64,000 nucleotides of DNA from the human T2T-CHM13v2.0 reference genome, Homo sapiens. The position numbers and the translations under genes are program-made. Below, piece after piece: positions 1-12,600 of the stretch. The stretch is taken from the NCBI RefSeq assembly GCF_009914755.1, contig NC_060925.1; one strand, 5' to 3'. Every line of letters starts with the position of its first letter. Position 1 is the first letter of the stretch. The notes beneath the pieces were generated by a model. That model did no database searches. It was not told the DNA's origin and saw only the letters and a program-made list of their open reading frames with translations.

Positions 1-111
1 ATGGAAATGAAAGGGGTCATCATCTAATGGAATCACATGGAATCATCATCAAATGGAATCGAATGGAATCTTCATCAAATGGAATCTAATGGAATCATTG
101 AACAGAATTGA

Positions 112-950
112 ATGGAATCGTCATCGAATGAATTGAATGCAATCATCGAATGGTCTCGAATGGAATCATCTTCTAATGGAAAGGAATGGAATCATCGCAT
201 AGAATCGAATGGAATTATCATCGAATGGAATCGAATGGTATCAACACCAAACGGAAAAAAACGGAATTATCGAAAGGAATCGAAGAGAATCTTCGAACGG
301 ACCCGAATGGAATCATCTAATGGAATGGAATGGAATAATCCATGGACTCGAATGCAATCATCATCGAATGGAATCGAATGGAATCATCGAATGGACTCGA
401 ATGGAATAATCATTGAACGGAATCGAATGGAATCATCATCGGATGGAAACGAATGGAATCATCATCGAATGGAAATGAAAGGAGTCATCATCTAATGCAA
501 TTGCATGGAATCATCATCAAATGGAATCGAATGGAATCAACATCAAATGGAATCTAATGGAATCATTGAACAGAATTGAATGGAATCGTCATCGAATGAA
601 TTGACTGCAATCATCGAATGGTCTCGAATGGAATCATCTTCAAATGGAATGGAATGGAATCATCGCATAGAATCGAATGGAATTATCATCGAATGGAATC
701 GAATGGAATCAACATCAAACGGAAAAAAACGGAATTATCGAATGGAATCGAAGAGAATCATCGAATGGACCCGAATGGAATCATCTAATGGAATGGAATG
801 GAATAATCCATGGACTCGAATGCAATCATCATCGAATGGAATCGAATGGAATCATCGAATGGACTCGAATGGAATAATCATTGAACGGAATCGAATGGAA
901 TCATCATCAGATGGAAATGAATGGAATCATCATCGAATGGAATCGAATAG
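112..950 (+). repeat. Internal 468-bp-period tandem duplication (subunits A and B) within the unit
   Basis: Near-identical segments start at 112 and 580. Diagnostic A/B differences: gaatgc/gactgc, tctaatggaaagg/tcaaatggaatgg, gtatcaacacc/gaatcaacatc, cttcgaacgg/catcgaatgg, ggaaacg/ggaaatg. Confidence 0.92.
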
Positions 951-1465
951 AATTGTGGAATGAAATCCAGTGTGATCATCATCGAATGGACCCGAATGGA
1001 ATCATCATCCAAAGGAAGCTAATGGAATCAACATCGAATGAATCAAATGGAAACACCATCGAATTGAAACGAATGGAATTATCATGAAATTGAAATGGAT
1101 GGACTCATCATCGAATGGATTCGAATGGAATCATCGAATAAAATTGATTGAAATCATCATCGAATGGAATCGAATGGTATCATTGAATGGAATCGAATGG
1201 AATCATCATCAGATGGAAATGAATGGAATCGTCATAGAATGGAATCGAATGGATTCATTGAATGGAATCAGATGGAATCATCGAATGGACTGGAATGGAA
1301 TCATTGAATGGACTCGAAAGGGATCATGATTGAATGGAATTGAATGGAATCATCGAATGGTCTCGATTGGAATCATTATCAAATGGAATCGAATGGAATC
1401 ACCGAATAGAATCGAATGGAACAATCATCGAATGGACTCAAATGGAATTATCCTCAAATGGAATC

Positions 1466-1511
1466 GAATGGAATTATCGAATGCAATCGAATGGAATTAT
1501 CGAATGCAATC
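1466..1511 (+). repeat. Tandem 2 x 23-bp GAATGGAATTATCGAATGCAATC in the unit tail
   Basis: Read directly from the sequence. Two copies occur in most units and one copy in the 1,285-bp variants. Confidence 0.9.
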
Positions 1512-1727
1512 GAATAGAATGATCGAATGGACTCGAATGGAATCATCGAATGGAATGCAATGGAACAGTCAATGAACTCGAATGGAATCATCATTGAATG
1601 GAATGGAATGGAATCATCGATTGGAATCGAATGGAATTATGATCAAATGGAATCGAATGTAATCCTCATCAAATGGAATCAAAAATAACCATCATCAATT
1701 GGTATTGAATGGAATTGTCATCAAATG

Positions 1728-1733
1728 GAATTC
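1728..1733. other. EcoRI site (GAATTC), once per canonical unit
   Basis: The context caaatgGAATTCaaagg recurs in each unit tail. This is consistent with the 1.77-kb EcoRI fragment historically cloned as pUC1.77. Confidence 0.88.
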
Positions 1734-1887
1734 AAAGGAATCATCATCAAATGGAACCGAATGGAATCCTCATTGAATGGAAATGAAAGGGGTCATCATC
1801 TAATGGAATCGCATGGAATCATCATCAAATGGAATCGAATGGAATCATCATCAAATGGAATCTAATGGAATCATTGAACAGAATTGA

Positions 1888-3195
1888 ATGGAATCGTCAT
1901 CGAATGAATTGAATGCAATCATCGAATGGTCTCGAATGGAATCATCTTCTAATGGAAAGGAATGGAATCATCGCATAGAATCGAATGGAATTATCATCGA
2001 ATGGAATCGAATGGTATCAACACCAAACGGAAAAAAACGGAATTATCGAATGGAATCGAAGAGAATCTTCGAACGGACCCGAATGGAATCATCTAATGGA
2101 ATGGAATGGAATAATCCATGGACTCGAATGCAATCATCATCGAATGGAATCGAATGGAATCATCGAATGGACTCGAATGGAATAATCATTGAACGGAATC
2201 GAATGGAATCATCATCGGATGGAAATGAATGGAATCATCATCGAATGGAATCGAATAGAATTATGGAATGAAATCCAGTGTGATCATCATCGAATGGACC
2301 CGAATGGAATCATCATCCAACGGAAGCTAATGGAATCAACATCGAATGAATCGAATGGAAACACCATCGAATTGAAACGAATGGAATTATCATGAAATTG
2401 AAATGGATGGACTCATCATCGAATGGATTCGAATGGAATCATGGAATAAAATTGATGGAAATCATCATCCAATGGAATCGAATGGTATCATTGAATGGAA
2501 TCGAATGGAATCATCATCAGATGGAAATGAATGGAATCGTCATAGAATGGAATCGAATGGATTCATTGAATGGAATCAGATGGAATCATCGAATGGACTG
2601 GAATGGAATCATTGAATGGACTCGAAAGGGATCATGATTGAATGGAATTGAATGGAATCATCGAATGGTCTCGATTGGAATCATTATCAAATGGAATCGA
2701 ATGGAATCACCGAATAGAATCGAATGGAACAATCATCGAATGGACTCAAATGGAATTATCCTCCAATGGAATGGAATGGAATTATCGAATGCAATCGAAT
2801 GGAATTATCGAATGCAATCGAATAGAATCATCGAATGGACTCGAATGGAATCATCGAATGGAATGGAATGGAACAGTCAATGAACTCGAATGGAATCATC
2901 ATTGAATGGAATCGAATGGAATCATCGAGTGGAATCGAATGGAATTATGATCAAATGGAATCGAATGTAATCATCATCAAATGGAATCAAAAATAACCAT
3001 CATCAATTGGTATTGAATGGAATTGTCATCAAATGGAATTCAAAGGAATCATCATCAAATGGAACCGAATGGAATCCTCATTGAATGGAAATGAAAGGGG
3101 TCATCATCTAATGGAATCGCATGGAATCATCATCAAATGGAATCGAATGGAATCATCATCAAATGGAATCTAATGGAATCATTGAACAGAATTGA
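1888..3195 (+). repeat. 1,308-bp variant unit (one 468-bp subunit lost; A/B hybrid)
   Basis: Spacing from 1888 to 3196. The unit has an A-type start and a B-type exit (ggaaatg...gaatagaattatgg). Confidence 0.9.
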
Positions 3196-6100
3196 ATGGA
3201 ATCGTCATCGAATGAATTGAATGCAATCATCGAATGGTCTCGAATGGAATCATCTTCTAATGGAAAGGAATGGAATCATCGCATAGAATCGAATGGAATT
3301 ATCATCGAATGGAATCGAATGGTATCAACACCAAACGGAAAAAAACGGAATTATCGAATGGAATCGAAGAGAATCTTCGAACGGACCCGAATGGAATCAT
3401 CTAATGGAATGGAATGGAATAATCCATGGACTCGAATGCAATCATCATCGAATGGAATCGAATGGAATCATCGAATGGACTCGAATGGAATAATCATTGA
3501 ACGGAATCGATTGGAATCATCATCGGATGGAAACGAATGGAATCATCATCGAATGGAAATGAAAGGAGTCATCATCTAATGGAATTGCATGGAATCATCA
3601 TAAAATGGAATCGAATGGAATCAACATCAAATGGAATCAAATGGAATCATTGAACGGAATTGAATGGAATCGTCATCGAATGAATTGACTGCAATCATCC
3701 AATGGTCTCGAATGGAATCATCTTCAAATGGAATGGAATGGAATCATCGCATAGAATCGAATGGAATTATCATCGAATGGAATCGAATGGAATCAACATC
3801 CAACGGAAAAAAACGGAATTACCGAATGGAATCGAAGAGAATCATCGAATGGACCCGAATGGAATCATCTAATGGAATGGAATGGAATAATCCATGGACT
3901 CGAATGCAATCATCATCGAATGGAATCGAATGGAATCATCGAATGGACTCGTATGGAATAATCATTGAACGGAATCGAATGGAATCATCATCGGATGGAA
4001 ATGAATGGAATCATCATCGAATGGAATCGAATAGAATTATGGAATGAAATCCAGTGTGATCATCATCGAATGGACCCGAATGGAATCATCATCCAACGGA
4101 AGCTAATGGAATCAACATCGAATGAATCAAATGGAAACACCATCGAATTGAAACGAATGGAATTATCATGAAATTGAAATGGATGGACTCATCATCGAAT
4201 GGATTAATGGAATCATCGAATAAAATTGATTGAAATCATCATCGAATGGAATCGAATGGTATCATTGAATGGAATCGAATGCAATCATCATCAGATGGAA
4301 ATGAATGGAATCGTCATAGAATGGAATCGAATGGATTCATTGAATGGAATCAGATGGAATCATCGAATGGACTGGAATGGAATCATTGAATGGACTCGAA
4401 AGGGATCATGATTGAATGGAATTGAATGGAATCATCGAATGGTCTCGATTGGAATCATTATCAAATGGAATCGAATGGAATCACCGAATAGAATCGAATG
4501 GAACAATCATCGAATGGACTCAAATGGAATTATCCTCCAATGGAATCGAATGGAATTATCGAATGCAATCGAATGGAATTATCGAATGCAATCGAATAGA
4601 ATCATCGAATGGACTCGAATGGAATCATCGAATGGAATGGAATGGAACAGTCAATGAACTCGAATGGAATCATCATTGAATGGAATCGAATGGAATCATC
4701 GAGTGGAATCGAATGGAATTATGATCAAATGGAATCGAATGTAATCATCATCAAATGGAATCAAAAATAACCATCATCAATTGGTATTGAATGGAATTGT
4801 CATCAAATGGAATTCAAAGGAATCATCATCAAATGGAACCGAATGGAATCCTCATTGAATGGAAATGAAAGGGGTCATCATCTAATGGAATCGCATGGAA
4901 TCATCATCAAATGGAATCGAATGGAATCATCATCAAATGGAATCTAATGGAATCATTGAACAGAATTGAATGGAATCGTCATCGAATGAATTGAATGCAA
5001 TCATCGAATGGTCTCGAATGGAATCATCTTCTAATGGAAAGGAATGGAATCATCGCATAGAATCGAATGGAATTATCATCGAATGGAATCGAATGGTATC
5101 AACACCAAACGGAAAAAAACGGAATTATCAAATGGAATCGAAGAGAATCTTCGAACGGACCCGAATGGAATCATCTAATGGAATGGAATGGAATAATCCA
5201 TGGACTCGAATGCAATCATCATCGAATGGAATCGAATGGAATCATCGAATGGACTCGAATGGAATAATCATTGAACGGAATCGAATGGAATCATCATCGG
5301 ATGGAAACGAATGGAATCATCATCGAATGGAAATGAAAGGAGTCATCATCTAATGGAATTGCATGGAATCATCATAAAATGGAATCGAATGGAATCAACA
5401 TCAAATGGAATCAAATGGAATCATTGAACGGAATTGAATGGAATCGTCATCGAATGAATTGACTGCAATCATCCAATGGTCTCGAATGTAATCATCTTCA
5501 AATGGAATGGAATGGAATCATCGCATAGAATCGAATGGAATTATCATCGAATGGAATCGAATGGAATCAACATCAAACGGAAAAAAACGGAATTATCGAA
5601 TGGAATCGAAGAGAATCATCGAATGGACCCGAATGGAATCATCTAATGGAATGGAATGGAATAATCCATGGACTCGAATGCAATCATCATCGAATGGAAT
5701 CGAATGGAATCATCGAATGGACTCGAATGGAATAATCATTGAACGGAATCGAATGGAATCATCATCGGATGGAAATGAATGGAATCATCATCGAATGGAA
5801 TCGAATAGAATTATGGAATGAAATCCAGTGTGATCATCATCGAATGGACCCGAATGGAATCATCATCCAACGGAAGCTAATGGAATCAACATCGAATGAA
5901 TCAAATGGAAACACCATCGAATTGAAACGAATGGAATTATCATGAAATTGAAATGGATGGACTCATCATCGAATGGATTCGAATGGAATCATCGAATAAA
6001 ATTGATTGAAATCATCATCGAATGGAATCGAATGGTATCATTGAATGGAATCGAATGCAATCATCATCAGATGGAAATGAATGGAATCGTCATAGAATGG

Positions 6101-8521
6101 AATCGAATGGATTCATTGAATGGAATCAGATGGAATCATCGAATGGACTGGAATGGAATCATTGAATGGACTCGAAAGGGATCATGATTGAATGGAATTG
6201 AATGGAATCATCGAATGGTCTCGATTGGAATCATTATCAAATGGAATCGAATGGAATCACCGAATAGAATCGAATGGAACAATCATCGAATGGACTCAAA
6301 TGGAATTATCCTCAAATGGAATCGAATGGAATTATCGAATGCAATCGAATGGAATTATCGAATGCAATCGAATAGAATCATCGAAAGGACTCGAATGGAA
6401 TCATCGAATGGAATGGAATGGAACAGTCAATGAACTCGAATGGAATCATCATTGAATGGAATCGAATGGAATCATCGAGTGGAATCGAATGGAATTATGA
6501 TCAAATGGAATCGAATGTAATCATCATCAAATGGAATCAAAAATAACCATCATCAATTGGTATTGAATGGAATTGTCATCAAATGGAATTCAAAGGAATC
6601 ATCATCAAATGGAACCGAATGGAATCCTCATTGAATGGAAATGAAAGGGGTCATCATCTAATGGAATCGCATGGAATCATCATCAAATGGAATCGAATGG
6701 AATCACCATCAAATGGAATCTAATGGAATCATTGAACAGAATTGAATGGAATCGTCATCGAATGAATTGAATGCAATCATCGAATGGTCTCGAATGGATT
6801 CATCTTCTAATGGAAAGGAATGGAATCATCGCATAGAATCGAATGGAATTATCATCGAATGGAATCGAATGGTATCAACACCAAACGGAAAAAAACGGAA
6901 TTATCGAATGGAATCGAAGAGAATCTTCGAACGGACCCGAATGGAATCATCTAATGGAATGGAATGGAATAATCCATGGACTCGAATGCAATCATCATCG
7001 AATGGAATCGAATGGAATCATCGAATGGACTCGAATGGAATAATCATTGAACGGAATCGATTGGAATCATCATCGGATGGAAACGAATGGAATCATCATC
7101 GAATGGAAATGAAAGGAGTCATCATCTAATGGAATTGCATGGAATCATCATAAAATGGAATCGAATGGAATCAACATCAAATGGAATCAAATGGAATCAT
7201 TGAACGGAATTGAATGGAATCGTCATCGAATGAATTGACTGCAATCATCCAATGGTCTCGAATGGAATCATCTTCAAATGGAATGGAATGGAATCATCGC
7301 ATAGAATCGAATGGAATTATCATCGAATGGAATCGAAGGGAATCAACATCCAACGGAAAAAAACGGAATTATCGAATGGAATCGAAGAGAATCATCGAAT
7401 GGACCCGAATGGAATCATGTAATGGAATGGAATGGAATAATCCATGGACTCGAATGCAATCATCATCGAATGGAATCGAATGGAATCATCGAATGGACTC
7501 GAATGGAATAATCATTGAACGGAATCGAATGGAATCATCATCGGATGGAAATGAATGGAATCATCATCGAATGGAATCGAATAGAATTATGGAATGAAAT
7601 CCAGTGTGATCATCATCGAATGGACCCGAATGGAATCATCATCCAACGGAAGCTAATGGAATCAACATCGAATGAATCAAATGGAAACACCATCGAATTG
7701 AAACGAATGGAATTATCATGAAATTGAAATGGATGGACTCATCATCGAATGGATTCGAATGGAATCATCGAATAAAATTGATTGAAATCATCATCGAATG
7801 GAATCGAATGGTATCATTGAATGGAATCGAATGGAATCATCATCAGATGGAAATGAATGGAATCGTCATAGAATGGAATCGAATGGTTTCATTGAATGGA
7901 ATCAGATGGAATCATCGAATGGACTGGAATGGAATCATTGAATGGACTCGATAGGGATCATTATTGAATGGAATTGAATGGAATCATCGAATGGTCTCGA
8001 TTGGAATCATTATCAAATGGAATCGAATGGAATCACCGAATAGAATCGAATGGAACAATCATCGAATGGACTCAAATGGAATTATCCTCAAATGGAATCG
8101 AATGGAATTATCGAATGCAATCGAATGGAATTATCGAATGCAATCGAATAGAATCATCGAATGGACTCGAATGGAATCATCGAATGGAATGGAATGGAAC
8201 AGTCAATGAACTCGAATGGAATCATCATTGAATGGAATCGAATGGAATCATCGAGTGGAATCGAATGGAATTATGATCAAATGGAATCGAATGTAATCAT
8301 CATCAAATGGAATCAAAAATAACCATCATCAATTGGTATTGAATGGAATTGTCATCAAATGGAATTCAAAGGAATCATCATCAAATGGAACCGAATGGAA
8401 TCCTCATTGAATGGAAATGAAAGGGGTCATCATCTAATGGAATCGCATGGAATCATCATAAAATGGAATCGAATGGAATCAACATCAAATGGAATCAAAT
8501 GGAATCATTGAACGGAATTGA

Positions 8522-9116
8522 ATGGAATCGTCATCGAATGAATTGGATGCAATCATCGAATGGTCTCGAATGGAATCTTCTTCAAATGGAATGGAATGGA
8601 ATCATCGCATAGAATCGAATGGAATTATCATCGAATGGAATCGAATGGAATCAACATCAAACGGAAAAAAACGGAATTATCGAATGGAATCGAAGAGAAT
8701 CATCGAATGGTCCCGAATGGAATCATCTAATGGAATGGAATGGAATAATCCATGGACTCGAATGCAATCATCATCAAATGGAATCGAATGGAATCATCGA
8801 ATGAACTCGAATGAAATCATCATTGAATGGAATCGAATGGAATCATCGAGTGGAATCGAATGGAATTATGATCAAATGGAATCGAATGTAATCATCATCA
8901 AATGGAATCAAAAATAACCATCATCAATTGGTATTCAATGGAATTGTCATCAAATGGAATTCAAAGGAATCATCATCAAATGGAACCGAATGGAATCCTC
9001 ATTGAATGGAAATGAAAGGGGTCATCATCTAATGGAATCACATGGAATCATCATCAAATGGAATCGAATGGAATCTTCATCAAATGGAATCTAATGGAAT
9101 CATTGAACAGAATTGA
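8522..9116 (+). repeat. 595-bp variant unit (1776-468-713); also at 32487 and 45168
   Basis: Spacing is 595 bp. A single B-like subunit with the ttggatgc marker is joined directly to the tail at catcgaatgaactcg. Confidence 0.9.
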
Positions 9117-10401
9117 ATGGAATCGTCATCGAATGAATTGAATGCAATCATCGAATGGTCTCGAATGGAATCATCTTCTAATGGAAAGGAATGGAAACAT
9201 CGCATAGAATCGAATGGAATTATCATCGAATGGTATCGAATGGTATCAACACCAAACGGAAAAAAACGGAATTATCGAAAGGAATCGAAGAGAATCTTCG
9301 AACGGACCCGAATGGAATCATCTAATGGAATGGAATGGAATAATCCATGGACTCGAATGCAATCATCATCGAATGGAATCGAATGGAATCATCGAATGGA
9401 CTCGAATGGAATAATCATTGAACGGAATCGAATGGAATCATCATCGGATGGAAATGAATGGAATCATCATCGAATGGAATCGAATAGAATTATGGAATGA
9501 AATCCAGTGTGATCATCATCGAATGGACCCGAATGGAATCATCATCCAACAGAAGCTAATGGAATCAACATCGAATGAATCGAATGGAAACACCATCGAA
9601 TTCAAACGAATGGAATTACCATGAAATTGAAATGGATGGACTCATCATCGAATGGATTCGGATGGAATCATCGAATAAAATTGATTGAAATCATCATCGA
9701 ATGAAATCGAATGGTATCATTGAATGGAATCGAATGGAATCATCATCAGATGGAAATGAATGGAATCGTCATAGAATGGAATCGAATGGATTCATTGAAT
9801 GGAATCAGATGGAATCATCGAATGGACTGGAATGGAATCATTGAATGGACTCGAAAGGGATCATGATTGAATGGAATTGAATGGAATCATCGAATGGTCT
9901 CGATTGGAATCATTATTAAATGGAATCGAATGGAATCACCGAATAGAATCGAATGGAACAATCATCGAATGGACTCAAATGGAATTATCCTTAAATGGAA
10001 TCGAATGGAATTATCGAATGCAATCGAATAGAATCATCGAATGGACTCGAATGGAATCATCGAATGGAATGGAATGGAACAGTCAATGAACTCGAATGGA
10101 ATCATCATTGAATGGAATCGAATGGAATCATCGAGTGGAATCGAATGGAATTATGATCAAATGGAATCGAATCTAATCATCATCAAATGGAATCAAAAAT
10201 AACCATCATCAATTGGTATTGAATGGAATTGTCATCAAATGGAATTCAAAGGAATCATCATCAAATGGAACCGAATGGAATCCTCATTGAATGGAAATGA
10301 AAGGGGTCATCATCTAATGGAATCGCATGGAATCATCATCAAATGGAATCGAATGGAATCATCATCAAATGGAATCTAATGGAATCATTGAACAGAATTG
10401 A
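9117..10401 (+). repeat. 1,285-bp variant unit (1776-468-23) with an extra EcoRI site; also at 33082 and 45763
   Basis: Spacing is 1,285 bp, there is a single 23-mer near 10003, and GAATTC occurs at 9598, 33563 and 46244. Confidence 0.9.
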
Positions 10402-12600
10402 ATGGAATCGTCATCGAATGAATTGAATGCAATCATCGAATGGTCTCGAATGGAATCATCTTCTAATGGAAAGGAATGGAATCATCGCTTAGAATCGAAT
10501 GGAATTATCATCGAATGGAATCGAATGGTATCAACACCAAACGGAAAAAAACGGAATTATCGAATGGAATCGAAGAGAATCTTCGAACGGACCCGAATGG
10601 AATCATCTAATGGAATGGAATGGAATAATCCATGGACTCGAATGCAATCATCATCGAATGGAATCGAATGGAATCATCGAATGGACTCGAATGGAATAAT
10701 CATTGAACGGAATCGAATGGAATCATCATCGGATGGAAACGAATGGAATCATCATCGAATGGAAATGAAAGGAGTCATCATCTAATGGAATTGCATGGAA
10801 TCATCATAAAATGGAATCGAATGGAATCAACATCAAATGGAATCAAATGGAATCATTGAACGGAATTGAATGGAATCGTCATCGAATGAATTGAATGCAA
10901 TCATCGAATGGTCTCGAATGGAATCATCTTCAAATGGAATGGAATGGAATCATCGCATAGAATCGAATGGAATTATCATCGAATGGAATCGAATGGAATC
11001 AACATCGGATGGAAACGAATGGAATCATCATCGAATGGAAATGAAAGGAGTCATCATCTAATGGAATTGCATGGAATCATCATAAAATGGAATCGAATGG
11101 AATCATCATCAAATGGAATCTAATGGAATCATTGAACAGAATTGAATGGAATCGTCATCGAATGAATTGACTGCAATCATCGAATGGTCTCGAATGTAAT
11201 CACATTCTAATGGAAAGGAATGGAATCATCGCATAGAATCGAATGGAATTAACATTGAATGGACTCGAATGGAATCAACATCAAACGGAATCAAGCGGAA
11301 TTATCGAATGGAATCGAAGAGAATCATCGAATGGTCTCGAATGGAATCATCTTCAAATGGAATGGAATGGAATCATCGCATAGAATCGAATGGAATTATC
11401 ATCGAATGGAATCGAATGGAATCAACATCAAACGGAAAAAAACGGAATTATCGAATGGAATCGAAGAGAATCATCGAATGGACCCGAATGGAATCATCTA
11501 ATGGAATGGAATGGAATAATCCATGGACTCGAATGCAATCATCATCGAATGGAATCGAATGGAATCATCGAATGGACTCGAATGGAATAATCATTGAACG
11601 GAATCGAATGGAATAATCATCGGATGGAAATGAATGGAATCATCATCGAATGGAATCGAATAGAATTATGGAATGAAATCCAGTGTGATCATCATCGAAT
11701 GGACCCGAATGGAATCATCATCCAACGGAAGCTAATGGAATCAACATCGAATGAATCGAATGGAAACACCATCGAATTGAAACGAATGGAATTATCATGA
11801 AATTGAAATGGATGGACTCATCATCGGATGGATTCGAATGGAATCATCGAATAAAATTGATTGAAATCATCATCCAATGGAATCGAATGGTATCATTGAA
11901 TGGAATCGAATGGAATCATCATCAGATGGAAATGAATGGAATCGTCATAGAATGGAATCGAATGGATTCATTGAATGGAATCAGATGGAATCATCGAATG
12001 GACTGGAATGGAATCATTGAATGGACTCGAAAGGGATCATGATTGAATGGAATTGAATGGAATCATCGAATGGTCTCGATTGGAATCATTATCAAATGGA
12101 ATCGAATGGAATCACCGAATAGAATCGAATGGAACAATCATCGAATGGACTCAAATGGAATTATCCTCAAATGGAATCGAATGGAATTATCGAATGCAAT
12201 CGAATGGAATTATCGAATGCAATCGAATAGAATCATCGAATGGACTCGAATGGAATCATCGAATGGAATGGAATGGAACAGTCAATGAACTCGAATGGAA
12301 TCATCATTGAATGGAATCGAATGGAATCATCGAGTGGAATCGAATGGAATTATGATCAAATGCAATCGAATGTAATCCTCATCAAATGGAATCAAAAATA
12401 ACCATCATCAATTGGTATTGAATGGAATTGTCATCAAATGGAATTCAAAGGAATCATCATCAAATGGAACCGAATGGAATCCTCATTGAATGGAAATGAA
12501 AGGGGTCATCATCTAATGGAATCGCATGGAATCATCATCAAATGGAATCGAATGGAATCATCATCAAATGGAATCTAATGGAATCATTGAACAGAATTGA
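10402..12600 (+). repeat. 2,199-bp expanded variant unit (+276 +147); also at 47048
   Basis: Subunit starts at 10402, 10870 and 11146. The ggtct landmark occurs at 11186 and 11333, 147 bp apart. Confidence 0.88.

Larger units (their letters stand above)
112..1887 (+). repeat. Canonical 1,776-bp repeat unit (representative copy): subunit A (468 bp), subunit B and a unique tail; likely the chr1q12 1.77-kb satellite
   Basis: The landmark ATGGAATCGTCATCGAATGAATTG recurs at unit starts 112, 1888, 3196, 4970, 6746, 8522, 9117, 10402, 12601, 14377, 16153, 17929, 19705, 20768, 22544, 24320, 26096, 27159, 28935, 30711, 32487, 33082, 34367, 36758, 38534, 40310, 41616, 43392, 45168, 45763, 47048, 49247, 51023, 52799, 54575, 56351, 57414, 59190, 60966, 62742 and 63805. 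The modal spacing is 1,776 bp. Confidence 0.93.

Noticed and set aside
1140-1160. Possible DUX4/homeodomain site (ttgattgaaatca) once per unit
   Set aside because: It is an imperfect match to the TAAYYYAATCA consensus (different spacing and half-site). It cannot be called without a PWM scan or ChIP data.
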